DNA of 64,000 nt from Armatimonadota bacterium (GTDB lineage: Bacteria > Armatimonadota > SYMT01), in NCBI GenBank assembly GCA_041690135.1, contig JAWLHY010000003.1, positions 416,001 to 480,000 on the forward strand, written 5' to 3'. How positions within the stretch are numbered: position 1 is the stretch's first letter; each line of letters opens with the position of its first letter. The notes beneath the pieces were generated by a model. The model searched no databases, had not been told where the DNA came from, and saw only the letters and a program-made list of their open reading frames with translations. Below are positions 9,257 to 18,964 of this stretch, piece after piece. The position numbers and the translations under genes were made by a program.

Positions 9257-9964
9257 CCCCTTCTCGAAATCGAAAACCTGCACGTTTATTACGGCGCCAT
9301 CCATGCTCTGAAAGGGGTGAGCCTTTCCGTGGAGGCGGGGGAAGTCGTGACCCTGATCGGCGCTAACGGGGCGGGAAAGAGCACAACCCTCCGCACGATC
9401 TCGGGACTCCTGCGCCCGCGGGAAGGTTCGGTCCGGTTCGAGGGGAAGGAACTCACCCGCCTGGCGCCGGACCAGATCGTCCGGATGGGGATCGCGCACG
9501 TGCCGGAGGGGCGACGGGTCTTCGCCAACCTCACGGTCCGCGAGAACCTGGAAATGGGGGCGTACACTCGCCGCGACCGGGAAGTGGGCAAGGACCTGGA
9601 GCAGGTACTGGAGCGGTTTCCCCGGCTGCGGGAGCGGTTCGGGCAGGCGGCGGGCACCCTTTCCGGTGGAGAACAGCAGATGCTCGCTATCGGCCGCGCC
9701 CTGATGGGCCGCCCCCGGGTGCTCCTGCTCGACGAACCGTCCCTTGGCCTTGCGCCGTTCCTGGTGCAGGAGATCTTCCGCATTATCCGCGATATCAACG
9801 AGCAGGGGACCACCATCCTGCTCGTCGAACAGAATGCGCACATGGCCCTGGCAGCGGCCCGGCGCGGCTACGTGCTCGAGACCGGCGAGGTCGTGCTCTC
9901 CGACACGGGCCAGGCCCTGCTCACCAACGAGGAAGTCCGAAAGGCGTATCTCGGTCAGGACTAG
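9254..9964 (+). CDS. livF: Branched-chain amino acid ABC transporter ATP-binding protein
   Basis: GANGAGKST; VPEGRRVF; LSGGEQQMLAIGRALM; LDEPSLGLAP; LLVEQN. Confidence 0.93.
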   Translation: MPLLEIENLHVYYGAIHALKGVSLSVEAGEVVTLIGANGAGKSTTLRTISGLLRPREGSVRFEGKELTRLAPDQIVRMGIAHVPEGRRVFANLTVRENLEMGAYTRRDREVGKDLEQVLERFPRLRERFGQAAGTLSGGEQQMLAIGRALMGRPRVLLLDEPSLGLAPFLVQEIFRIIRDINEQGTTILLVEQNAHMALAAARRGYVLETGEVVLSDTGQALLTNEEVRKAYLGQD

Positions 9965-10032
9965 CGCTGCCGCAGGGCATTCCACACGGGTAACATGCAC
10001 ATGCACATGGCGAACACCGTATACAACCGAGG

Positions 10033-10752
10033 ATGAGATCCATGGCGAGCGCGTTATTCTGGTCGGTAGACGACCGATCACCGTCCGATCCGCTCCCGCC
10101 CCTTGAGCAGGGGCAGCATCTGGATCGGGAGACCTTCCACGAGCGTTACTGCGCGATGCCTCCCGGCACGCATGCGGAGTTGATCCAGGGAAAGGTTTAT
10201 ATGCCCTCGCCGCTGTATAGCCCTCATTCCCTCTCCGACGGAACGCTCGTCGTGTGGTTGGGCCTGTATGTTGCTGCTACGCCGGGAACGCGCCCCCTGC
10301 CAGGCATCTCTACGTGCCTAGGTGAGGATGGGGAAGTGCAGCCAGATCAAACGTTGGTGATTGAGCCGGCGCGAGGTGGGCAGGTACGCGAGGACGAGCG
10401 GAAGCGTCTGGCCGTGCCGCCGGAACTGGTGGTGGAAGTAGCGTCCAGTTCCGAGTCGTACGACCTGCACGAAAAATACGACATGTACGAGCGGAGCCAA
10501 GTCCGAGAGTACCTTGTTGTGCTGGTTCTGGAGAAAGCCGTGCGCTGGTTTACGCGTACGGAAGCCGGCTTTACCGAATTGCAGCCCGAACCTGACGGGC
10601 TCCTGCGCTCCCGTGTCTTTCCCGGCCTGTGGCTCGATCCGGACGCGCTCATCCGGCACGATATCCAATTGATCAAACTGGCGCTCGACCGCGGATTAGC
10701 CTCGGCCGAGCACGAAGAATTCGTGCAGCGGCTACAAGCGGCCGCTCCCTGA
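10033..10752 (+). CDS. Uma2 family (DUF820) PD-(D/E)XK-like endonuclease
   Basis: AELIQGKVYMPSP; QPD; PELVVEVASSS; K..YE...VREY; SRVFPGLWLD. Confidence 0.85.
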   Translation: MRSMASALFWSVDDRSPSDPLPPLEQGQHLDRETFHERYCAMPPGTHAELIQGKVYMPSPLYSPHSLSDGTLVVWLGLYVAATPGTRPLPGISTCLGEDGEVQPDQTLVIEPARGGQVREDERKRLAVPPELVVEVASSSESYDLHEKYDMYERSQVREYLVVLVLEKAVRWFTRTEAGFTELQPEPDGLLRSRVFPGLWLDPDALIRHDIQLIKLALDRGLASAEHEEFVQRLQAAAP

Positions 10753-10770
10753 CCCCACCCTGGAATCACT

Positions 10771-11154
10771 ATGGCTCATCCCGATAACCTGCGCTACCGC
10801 GAAACGCACGAGTGGGTACGAGTAGACGGCGACCGCGCGACGGTCGGCATTACGGACCACGCCCAGCACGAGTTGGGGGACGTGGTTTACCTGGACCTGC
10901 CGCAGCCCGGCAAGACGTTCAGCCAGGGGGACGTTTTCGGCTCCATCGAGTCGGTCAAGGCCGTCTCCGACCTCTACGCCCCGGTCTCCGGCGAAGTCGT
11001 GGAGGTGAACGACGCCCTGATCTCCGCGCCGGAAGGGGTCAACAGCTCCCCGCACGACGCGGGCTGGATGATCGTACTGCGCCTGAGCAATCCTTCGGAA
11101 GTCGATTCGCTCATGGACGTGCAGGCGTATGAAGCCACTTTCGGCGGCCACTGA
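10771..11154 (+). CDS. gcvH: Glycine cleavage system H protein
   Basis: HEWVR; VGITDHAQHELGDVVY; IESVKAVSDLYAPVSG (lipoyl-Lys); GWM. Confidence 0.95.
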   Translation: MAHPDNLRYRETHEWVRVDGDRATVGITDHAQHELGDVVYLDLPQPGKTFSQGDVFGSIESVKAVSDLYAPVSGEVVEVNDALISAPEGVNSSPHDAGWMIVLRLSNPSEVDSLMDVQAYEATFGGH

Positions 11155-11944
11155 TCCCGCCGTGCAGGCCCTGCAGGGACGGCTGACCGGCCGTCCCTGG
11201 CAGGTGCTGCGAACCGGTCCCGCCGACGGGGCCACCAACATGGCGCGCGACCTCGAGCTGCTCGAAGCGGCAGCGGCGGAGCGCCTCCCACCTACCCTGC
11301 GGTTCTACACCTGGTCGCCGCCCGCGGTCTCGCTGGGGCGGTTCCAGCCGGAAGAGGGGATCGATCGCGACTATCGCGCCGCCCGCGGCTGGGACCTCGT
11401 CCGGCGTCCCACGGGCGGGCGGGCCGTGCTGCACCACCTGGAGCTCACTTACAGCCTTGTCCTACCTCCTTCGCTGGTAGCGGGAGCGGGAGTGCGCACC
11501 AGCTACGCCGTGCTGAGCCGAGGTCTCAACGCTGGTCTCGCCACCCTCCTGGGCCGGATCCCGTGTCCCAACGAGGCCGGCGCCTGCGACGTTCCCGTAA
11601 GTACCCAGAAGATCTCCGGCAGTTGCACTGCCGAAGAAACGTTCGTGCGCAGTTGCACTGCGCCTAAAGGCATTACCAACTGCTTCGCCCTGGCCAGCGA
11701 GTGCGACACCCTCGTCCCCGGCGGAAAGCTGGTGGGCAGCGCGCAGGTCCGCCATCACGGGGCGCTGCTCCAGCACGGTAGCATCCTGCTCGACGCCGAG
11801 CCCGAGGCCTGGACTGCCCTTTTCGGTACCGCCGGCCGCCTCGTCACCCTGCGGGAATTGCTGGGTGCGGTTCCCGCCCAGGAGGTGGTGGAACGGGCTG
11901 TTGTCGCAGGTTTCCGGTCGTTGGGCATTCCCTTGGAAAGCTGA
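11129..11944 (+). CDS. Lipoate-protein ligase / octanoyltransferase (LipM-like, BPL/LPL catalytic domain only)
   Basis: NMARD; LRFYTW; VRRPTGGRAVLH; CF; KLVGSAQ; LQHGSI; overlaps gcvH. Confidence 0.85.
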   Translation: MKPLSAATDPAVQALQGRLTGRPWQVLRTGPADGATNMARDLELLEAAAAERLPPTLRFYTWSPPAVSLGRFQPEEGIDRDYRAARGWDLVRRPTGGRAVLHHLELTYSLVLPPSLVAGAGVRTSYAVLSRGLNAGLATLLGRIPCPNEAGACDVPVSTQKISGSCTAEETFVRSCTAPKGITNCFALASECDTLVPGGKLVGSAQVRHHGALLQHGSILLDAEPEAWTALFGTAGRLVTLRELLGAVPAQEVVERAVVAGFRSLGIPLES

Positions 11945-12263
11945 TTCAGCCGAAACCTGAACCCACAATCTAGAACTGGTTTCTCGGATGGCTGACGGCT
12001 GCGTATCCAGTCTCTGGGGAAGGGAGCAGCGACCATTCCCCTACAGCCGCCTATATCCAAATCTGCGAAACGAACTCCGAGCTCTGTGCTACTCCATGCC
12101 GATCCGTCCCATCCTTGTCATCCGTGTCTGATACCCAGCAGTTGCGGCAAGAGCCCTCGCCAGCGCAAGAACGTCTCAACGCGGGGAAAAGAGGAATCTC
12201 CCCGTTCCCCTGTGGAACCGCATCCCGGCGGATTCTGATTAGAGACAGACTATTCCCTTAACT

Positions 12264-12506
12264 ATGAAGTGGCTTCTCTCCGGCCTGGTGCTCCTCGTCG
12301 CGGTGGTGCATCAGGACACCTGGTTCTGGACCGACAAGACCCTGGTCTTCGGCTTCCTACCGATCGGGCTGGTTTACCATCTCGGCTACTGCCTGCTGGC
12401 GGCGGCCACGATGGCGGTGCTGGTCAAGTGGGCCTGGCCCAGCGAGCTGGAAGCGGTCGAGAGCATGCACGCCGGCGCCGCTGCCGGGGGTGAGAACCGC
12501 TCATGA
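12264..12506 (+). CDS. Small membrane protein accompanying an SSS symporter (DUF3311-like)
   Basis: 80 aa, two TM helices, HQD.WFW...VFGFLP.GL.YH; ATGA overlap with the symporter. Confidence 0.75.
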   Translation: MKWLLSGLVLLVAVVHQDTWFWTDKTLVFGFLPIGLVYHLGYCLLAAATMAVLVKWAWPSELEAVESMHAGAAAGGENRS

Positions 12507-14089
12507 TCCCCGCGCTGATCGTTTTCGGCTACCTTGCGGTCGTCCTCTATATCGGCGTCTTCGCGTTCCGCAAGGGAAAGGAATCCGGCGAGGACTTCTT
12601 CCTCGCCAGCCGCGCGCTGGGTCCGGTGGTGTTCCTGCTCTCCCTGTTCGGCACGAACATGACCGCCTTCGCCATCCTCGGCAGCTCCGGTCTCTCCTAC
12701 CGGATCGGGATCGGCGTGTTCGGGCTGATGGCCTCTTCCTCCGCCCTGGTCATCCCGCTTTGCCTATTCTTCATCGGTACCCGCCTCTGGGGCCTGGGGA
12801 AGCGGTTCGGGCACATGACACAGGTCCAGTTCCTGCGCGACCGCTGGGAGTGCGGCGGCATCGGGACCTATCTCTTCGCCATCACCGCCGCGATGCTGGT
12901 GCCGTACATCATCATCGGCGTGATGGGAGGCGGCCAGACCCTGCAGACGATCAGCGCCTACACGGGTCCGGACGGGCAGGTGCGGCACTGGGTGAGCTAC
13001 GAGGCCGGCGGCGCCGTGGTGGCCCTGGTGGTGATGGGCTACGTCTTCTTCGGTGGGATGCGGGGCACCGCCTGGGTGAACACGTTCCAGACCGCCCTCT
13101 TCCTCTGCTTCGGCACGATCGCCTTCCTCCTGATCGCGAAGAACCTGGGCGGGCTCGACGGGATCATGGAAGGGCTGAAGGCGAACCCGAAATCGGCCAC
13201 GCTCTTGAGCCGCGAGAAGATCCCGCCGCGCGAGTTCTTGAGCTACATGTTCATCCCGCTCTCCTCCATCATGTTTCCGCACGTCGCGATCATGTGCATG
13301 ACGGCCGAGAAGGTGAGCCACTTCAAGAAGACCATCATCTTCTACCCGCTCTGCATCGCCGCCATCTGGCTGCCCTCCGTCTTCCTCGGCGTGGTGGGGG
13401 CCGCGCAGTTTCCCGGTCTTCAACCTGGCCAGACGGACAGCATCATCATCCGGCTGCTCACCCAGAACACCGGGGTATTGATCTCCGGAATCCTGGGTGC
13501 GGGGATCATGGCGTGCGTGATGGCTTCGGACAGCCAGATCCTGGCGCTCTGCACCATGTTCACCGAGGACTGCTTCGCCTATTACGGCGGGAAGGAGCGC
13601 TTCGGGGACAAGGCACAGGTCTGGACCGGGCGCATTTTCATCGTGCTGGTGACGACGCTGGCCTACTTGATCGCGCTCTCCCTGAAGGACAAGGCGGGCA
13701 TCTTCGGGCTGGCTATCCGCTTCGCCTTCTCCGGGTTCGCGGCCCTCGCGCCGATCATGCTGGCGGCGCTCTTCTGGAAGCGGAGCACCAAGTGGGGCGC
13801 GCTGGCGGCGGCCCTATGGGTGACGGCCACGGTACTGGGGAGCTGGTACCTCTACGAGATGTCCGCCGGCATCAAGCCGGCGCCGGGATCGGCCCCGGTC
13901 CAGATCTTCCCCGCGCTCGGCGACCTCTTCCTGCGGACCCCCGCCGACGTTACCGTCTACGGTTACCTGCCGGTGATGCCGATGTGCATCGGCTCGGCCC
14001 TCCTGATGGTTGTGGTCTCCCTGGTTACCCCGCCCCCCAGCCAGAAGACCCTCGACAAGTACTTCCCTCCCAAGTCATCGCTCGCTTGA
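12503..14089 (+). CDS. Sodium:solute symporter (SSS) family protein
   Basis: About 13 TM helices; EDFFLASR; [10 protein letters not shown]; MAS.DSQ Na-site motif. Confidence 0.9.
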   Translation: MIPALIVFGYLAVVLYIGVFAFRKGKESGEDFFLASRALGPVVFLLSLFGTNMTAFAILGSSGLSYRIGIGVFGLMASSSALVIPLCLFFIGTRLWGLGKRFGHMTQVQFLRDRWECGGIGTYLFAITAAMLVPYIIIGVMGGGQTLQTISAYTGPDGQVRHWVSYEAGGAVVALVVMGYVFFGGMRGTAWVNTFQTALFLCFGTIAFLLIAKNLGGLDGIMEGLKANPKSATLLSREKIPPREFLSYMFIPLSSIMFPHVAIMCMTAEKVSHFKKTIIFYPLCIAAIWLPSVFLGVVGAAQFPGLQPGQTDSIIIRLLTQNTGVLISGILGAGIMACVMASDSQILALCTMFTEDCFAYYGGKERFGDKAQVWTGRIFIVLVTTLAYLIALSLKDKAGIFGLAIRFAFSGFAALAPIMLAALFWKRSTKWGALAAALWVTATVLGSWYLYEMSAGIKPAPGSAPVQIFPALGDLFLRTPADVTVYGYLPVMPMCIGSALLMVVVSLVTPPPSQKTLDKYFPPKSSLA

Positions 14090-14108
14090 TGCATTTCGAC
14101 CGGATTCT

Positions 14109-14280
14109 TTTCGACACGGAGGGACACAGATGATACAGAAGAACACAGAAGAAGAGGCAGCCGGATGAGTGGATGCATAGCCGCGGCCCTCGCTGCGGTG
14201 AAGGCGCCGTGATTGCCGGAATGACACCGGCCGATGCCTTCTGTGTCCTTCCGTGATCTCTGTGTCCCTCCGTGTCAAAA
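14109..14280. repeat. 172-bp element with 43-bp imperfect terminal inverted repeats built from ~10-bp subunits
   Basis: Left TTTCGACACGGAGGGACACAGATGATACAGAAGAACACAGAAG (14109-14151); right arm reverse-complemented TTTTGACACGGAGGGACACAGAGATCACGGAAGGACACAGAAG (14238-14280). Confidence 0.88.
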
Positions 14281-14326
14281 GTGGCTCCCATTCGTGTCGA
14301 AGGCGCTACCTGAGTAAGTTAAAGGC

Positions 14327-15409
14327 ATGTCGAACACTGAACTGAACGAGGCCGCGCGAGCCGCGGCGGATAAGCTGGACGCGCACGTGCGCGAGATCGT
14401 GCAGTGGCACTTCTCTCTGGAGACGGGGTGCCCCTTCTGGCTGAACTGGGCGCAGAAGGCGGGGTGGAACCCGGCCGAAGAGGTGAAGGGGGTGGAGGAC
14501 CTGAAGAAGTTCCCCCACTTCCAGGACGAGTGGCTCCGCGACGAGCAGAATGACGTGTGGGTCCCCCAGGCCTACCGGGGTCGCCCGTATTACATCTTCG
14601 AGACCGGCGGCACCACCGGCATGCCCAAGCAGCGGATCGGCTGGGAAGACCACTTCAAGGACTACGAAGAGTTCTCCGAGACGCTCGATGAGAAGTACTT
14701 CCCGAAAGGCGCCAACTGGCTGATGCTCGGCCCCACCGGTCCCCGGCGGCTCCGCCTCTGCATCGAGCACCTGGCCCACGTGCGCGGCGGCAACTGCTAC
14801 CACGTCGACCTCGACCCGCGCTGGGTGAAGCGCCTCATCGCCGACAAGCAGTTCGACCAGGCCAACAAGTACAAGGAGCACGTGGTCGAGCAGGGCGCCA
14901 CGATCCTCAAGAACCGCAACGTCCAGTGCCTCTTCACCACGCCGAAGCTGCTGGAAGCGCTCGACGAGAAGATCAACGTGCCGGACGCGGGTATCAAGGG
15001 CGTCTTCTGCGGCGGCACCCAGATGACCCCGCAGAACGTGCGCTTCCTGGTGGAAGAAGTGCTCGACAACCGCGCCCAGTTCGTGCCCACCTACGGCAAC
15101 ACCCTGATGGGCCTCGCCTGTAGCCGCCCCCTCACCCGCGAGGATAACTGGAGCATCACCTACTTCGCTCCGCAGCCGCGCGCCTACCTCCGCGTCGTGG
15201 ATCCCAACAACACCGACCGGACCGTGGACTACGGTGAATGGGGAAGGGTCGAGCTCTCCACCCTCACCCGCGAGTTCTTCATGCCGCGGTTCCTGGAACG
15301 CGACGAGGCCGTCCGCCGCGAGCCGTGGGCGCGCTTCCCGTGGGACGGCGTCGGTGAAGTCCGCCCGTTCGGTGCCCTGGAGAAGAAGACGATCGAAGGA
15401 GTCTACTAA
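14327..15409 (+). CDS. Truncated ANL-superfamily adenylate-forming protein (EhpF/LuxE-like, N-terminal domain only)
   Basis: P-loop FETGGTTGMPK; GGT; YGNT; GRV; ERDEA; only 360 aa, with no C-terminal ANL domain. Confidence 0.65.
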   Translation: MSNTELNEAARAAADKLDAHVREIVQWHFSLETGCPFWLNWAQKAGWNPAEEVKGVEDLKKFPHFQDEWLRDEQNDVWVPQAYRGRPYYIFETGGTTGMPKQRIGWEDHFKDYEEFSETLDEKYFPKGANWLMLGPTGPRRLRLCIEHLAHVRGGNCYHVDLDPRWVKRLIADKQFDQANKYKEHVVEQGATILKNRNVQCLFTTPKLLEALDEKINVPDAGIKGVFCGGTQMTPQNVRFLVEEVLDNRAQFVPTYGNTLMGLACSRPLTREDNWSITYFAPQPRAYLRVVDPNNTDRTVDYGEWGRVELSTLTREFFMPRFLERDEAVRREPWARFPWDGVGEVRPFGALEKKTIEGVY

Positions 15410-15461
15410 AGGCCTCTGCGAAATATTCGGTGGCGTTGCACTCGGGTAGGGTGAACGGACG

Positions 15462-15577
15462 CTCCCCTCTCTCGCAGATTCGGGAGAGGGATAGGGACTT
15501 GTGGGTTGGCCATAGCGCCTGCGGTGGCCAGTGTGACCTCACCCCCCCCGCCCCCTCTCCGACACAGAGAGGGGGAG
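15462..15577. repeat. REP-like inverted pair of CCCCTCTC...GAGAGGG hairpins
   Basis: CTCCCCTCTCTCG..GGGAGAGGG at 15462-15490 and CCTCACCCCC..CCCCTCTCC..GAGAGGGGGAG at 15537-15577, in inverted arrangement. Confidence 0.7.
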
Positions 15578-15761
15578 TCCGTGCACAAGACGGGGTGCCT
15601 CCTGCGCTTCTGACTACCGCTTTCGAGACTAGGTTGCCGTGAGTTAACACACATGGAGGCAGGGGTGAGCGCAACCGTGTGTGTGGAGTACGGGCTTTCG
15701 GGCAGTGCTGCCTCGTCCAACCGTTCTGGTTCCGCTGTCGGCTTTCACTAAGGATAGGGAG

Positions 15762-16010
15762 ATGGATTTCGATATCCACAGTGCACTGCCGCAATGGAAT
15801 GACTTCGAGGCGGCCGCTCGTGAACATGATGAGGATGCGAGGGCTCTCCTCAACGGCTACATCCGCGAGTGTCTGGAAGCCTGGGCGGAGTTAGACCTAC
15901 ATGCGGAGATCGCTCGTGATGTGCAGGTTACAGGCTATCAAGAGGATGATGCGGTCGAGCTAGTTCGGCGCATCCGAGCGGAGCGGAGGGGCCAAGGTGC
16001 CGTCTCCTGA
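15762..16010 (+). CDS. Small hypothetical protein, possibly an orphan antitoxin
   Basis: 82 aa, acidic and helical, with C-terminal GYQEDDAVELVRRIR; AGG/GGAG upstream; codon usage less GC3-biased than neighbours. Confidence 0.5.
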   Translation: MDFDIHSALPQWNDFEAAAREHDEDARALLNGYIRECLEAWAELDLHAEIARDVQVTGYQEDDAVELVRRIRAERRGQGAVS

Positions 16011-16039
16011 GAATCGGATTTCATACGAGGAGGCCCGTA

Positions 16040-17305
16040 ATGAGATGGATCGCTGTTAGTCTGGTGGCCGGCGGCATCGTGGCCGCCTTGCCGGCCCAGG
16101 CCCAGGAGTGGACCCGGTTCCGCGGCCCGAACGGCACGGGGATCAGCGCGGCCAAGGGCATTCCCGTGCAGTTCACGGAAGCGGACTTCAACTGGAAGGT
16201 CAAGCTCCCCGGCGCCGGGCATTCCTCGCCGGTGATCTGGGGGGACAAGGTCTTCATTACCAGTGCCGAGGAGGACCAGGGGAAGCAGCACCTCCTTTGC
16301 CTCCAAGCGTCGGACGGGAAGCAGCTCTGGTCGGTGACGCGGACCTTCGACAAGTACAACCGGCACAAGTTCAACAGCTACGCCTCGGCTACCGCCGCGG
16401 TGGATAAGGACCTGGTCTACGTCCCCTGGTACACGCCGGCGATGGCCAGCCTCATCGCCTACACCCACGACGGCAAAGAAGTCTGGAAGCGCGACCTGGG
16501 CCAGTGGCACGGACAGCATGGGGGGGCCGCCTCTCCGATCCTGTTCGAGAACCTGGTGATCATCCGCCAGGACTGCGACGACATGGGGCCCGAGTCGTTC
16601 GTTTTGGCCATGGATCGGAAGACGGGGCAAGAGAAGTGGCGCTGCCCACGCATTTCCAAGACGGCCTCCTACTCGACGCCGGTGCTGTTCAAGGGGAAGG
16701 ACGGCGCGTCGCAGCTGGTCTTCAACAGCAACGCGCACGGCTTTACGGGGGTCGATCCGCGGACCGGCAAGGTGCTCTGGGAGGTGCCGAACCTCTTCCA
16801 GCAGCGGTGTGTCAGCACCCCGGCGATTGCCGGTGATGCCGTGATCGGAACCGCCGGCAACGGCGGCGGCGCGCGGCAGGGGGTGGCCGTCCGCCCGGAC
16901 GCCGCGAAGGCCAAAGCGGCAGACGTGGTCGCCTACCAGCTTGACCGGCGCGTGACCCCTTACGTGCCGACCCCGCTGGTCTACGGAGAGCACGTCTTCC
17001 TGTGGGGCGACGGCGGAATCCTGAGCTGCGTGAAGGCGGCGAACGGGGAAACCGTCTGGTCGGAGCGGGTCGGCGGAAACTACTTCAGCTCGCCAGTCTG
17101 CATCGACGGTAAACTGTACGGGGTGAACTCGGCGGGAGAGGTCGTGGTGGTGGAAGCTGGTCCCCAGTTCAAACTGCTCGGCCGCAGCCCGCTCGGCGAT
17201 CCCTGTCACTCCACTCCCGCGGTCTCCGGGGGCGCGCTTTACGTACACACCGAGGGCCACCTCATCTCTATCGGCGGCAAGAAAAAAGTCGCCCAGAACC
17301 CGTAA
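16040..17305 (+). CDS. Exported PQQ-binding-like beta-propeller protein (BamB-like repeats)
   Basis: Signal peptide; W..FRGPNG.G; repeated SSPV..G and G...W blades; GAGGAGG Shine-Dalgarno. Confidence 0.85.
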   Translation: MRWIAVSLVAGGIVAALPAQAQEWTRFRGPNGTGISAAKGIPVQFTEADFNWKVKLPGAGHSSPVIWGDKVFITSAEEDQGKQHLLCLQASDGKQLWSVTRTFDKYNRHKFNSYASATAAVDKDLVYVPWYTPAMASLIAYTHDGKEVWKRDLGQWHGQHGGAASPILFENLVIIRQDCDDMGPESFVLAMDRKTGQEKWRCPRISKTASYSTPVLFKGKDGASQLVFNSNAHGFTGVDPRTGKVLWEVPNLFQQRCVSTPAIAGDAVIGTAGNGGGARQGVAVRPDAAKAKAADVVAYQLDRRVTPYVPTPLVYGEHVFLWGDGGILSCVKAANGETVWSERVGGNYFSSPVCIDGKLYGVNSAGEVVVVEAGPQFKLLGRSPLGDPCHSTPAVSGGALYVHTEGHLISIGGKKKVAQNP

Positions 17306-17319
17306 CAGCAGTACATCAG

Positions 17320-18738
17320 ATGTCGTTGCCTCACATTCCCGTCCTGCGCCGCGGCCAGGTATACGAAAGTCTCGACCAGGTCGAGCTCAAGAGCGTCCGC
17401 ACCGGCGAGCCGGTGGCGAGCGTGGGCCAGGCTAACGCCGGCCTCATCCGTCGTGACCTCCGCCGGCAGTCCCGCGATGCCTACCGGGGCTACTCGGTCA
17501 ACGATCTCCTGGGGATCTGTGATCGTGCCGGCCGCCTTTTCATGGAAGCCGAGCTGCCCCTGGGCAATGGGTCCCAGACCCCGGAGCAGTATATCGAGTC
17601 GCTCTCGGCGACCAGCGGCCTGCCGTATGCCCTTTGCCGCCGCAACATGGGGAAGATCCACCAGGTCTTCACCGAGATGCCGCTGATCCTCAAGGGCCTC
17701 ACCCGCGGCATGGACCCTAGCGTGATCGACCAGGGGACGGGCGAGCAGAACGGCGTACCGGTGAGCTACTACGCCACCACGGAATCGCTGGGGGTGGTCC
17801 TGCCCAGCAACTCTCCGGGCGTGAACTCCCTCTGGATGCCGGCGATCCCGCTCAAGGTGCCGGTGGTGCTGAAGCCGGGCCGCGAAGAGCCCTGGACGCC
17901 GTTCCGGATCATCCAGGCGTTCATCGCCGCGGGTGCTCCCGCCGAAGCCTTCAGCTTCTACGGGACAGACCATGAGGGCAGCGGCGCCGTGATGGACGCC
18001 TGCAAGCGGGCGCTGATCTTCGGCGATGAGAGCACCGTCCAGCGTTACGCGGGCAATCCCGGCGTGTCGGTTCACGGCCCCGGTCGCAGCAAGATCCTGA
18101 TCGGGAACGACGAGATCGAGCGGTGGCCGGAGTATGTCGGCCTGATCGCGGATTCCATCGCCCTCAACGGTGGCCGGAGCTGCGTCAACGCCTCCGCCGT
18201 GGTCGTGCCGAAGTACGCCGACGAGATCGCCGATGCTGTGGCCCGCAAGCTGGCCGAGTTGAAGCCGGTCTCCTACACCGACGAGACGGCGGTCCTCTCC
18301 GGGTTCGCCAACCCGAAGATGGCGGAGTACATCGATGCCGCCATCGAACAGGATCTGGACGGTGCGGAGGAGGTGACGGCGAAGTACCGGTCCGGCTCCC
18401 GCAAGGTGCTGCTGGACGGCTGCACCTACCTGCAGCCGACGCTGGTCCGGTGTCCCTCCTTCGAACACCCGCTTGCGAACAAGGAGTTCCTGTTCCCGTA
18501 CGCGAGCGTAGTGGAGGTGCCCCAGGAGCGGATGCTGGAACTGATCGGTCCGTCGCTGGTCGTCAGCGGGATCACCAGGGATCCGGAGTTCATCGAAGCG
18601 TTGATCGCCTCGCCGCTGATCGACCGGTTGAACCTCGGGCCGGTGCCCACTCCCGCCGTGCAGTGGGACCAGCCGCATGAGGGAAACCTCTTCGAATTCC
18701 TCTACCGCCGCCGCGCCATCCATCGCGCCAACTGGTAG
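17320..18738 (+). CDS. Aldehyde dehydrogenase-fold protein (acylating/reductive EhpG/LuxC-like type)
   Basis: PSNSP; VLKP; HGPGRSK in place of ELGGKS; NGGRSC with catalytic Cys; EFLFP. Confidence 0.8.
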   Translation: MSLPHIPVLRRGQVYESLDQVELKSVRTGEPVASVGQANAGLIRRDLRRQSRDAYRGYSVNDLLGICDRAGRLFMEAELPLGNGSQTPEQYIESLSATSGLPYALCRRNMGKIHQVFTEMPLILKGLTRGMDPSVIDQGTGEQNGVPVSYYATTESLGVVLPSNSPGVNSLWMPAIPLKVPVVLKPGREEPWTPFRIIQAFIAAGAPAEAFSFYGTDHEGSGAVMDACKRALIFGDESTVQRYAGNPGVSVHGPGRSKILIGNDEIERWPEYVGLIADSIALNGGRSCVNASAVVVPKYADEIADAVARKLAELKPVSYTDETAVLSGFANPKMAEYIDAAIEQDLDGAEEVTAKYRSGSRKVLLDGCTYLQPTLVRCPSFEHPLANKEFLFPYASVVEVPQERMLELIGPSLVVSGITRDPEFIEALIASPLIDRLNLGPVPTPAVQWDQPHEGNLFEFLYRRRAIHRANW

Positions 18739-18771
18739 AAGGCAACGGGGCCAGGGGCCTCGCGGATCTCG

Positions 18772-18925
18772 CTTAGTGCCGGGGGCGGCGAACGCCGCTG
18801 CAGTTGGGCGAGTGAACTCGCGGCTACAAACAGCGACTGCCCGGAGGGCGCCCGCCTCCGTCGGCTGGGGACCCTACAGCGGTTATACTTTGACGGCTCC
18901 TTAGTGCCGGGGGCGGCGAAGGCCG
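18772..18925. repeat. 21-bp perfect direct repeats enclosing a REP-like sequence
   Basis: CTTAGTGCCGGGGGCGGCGAA at 18772-18792 and 18900-18920; the interior GGCGAGTGAACTCGCGGCTACAAAC resembles 32278-32302. Confidence 0.8.
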
Positions 18926-18964
18926 TCCCCGTTCTCTGAATACAGTGGTAGCAGCGTTTTGTTG

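Noticed and set aside
12490-14133. 547-aa Arg/Pro/Gly-rich plus-strand ORF
   Set aside because: It is an alternative frame of the SSS symporter with composition typical of off-frame GC-rich sequence.
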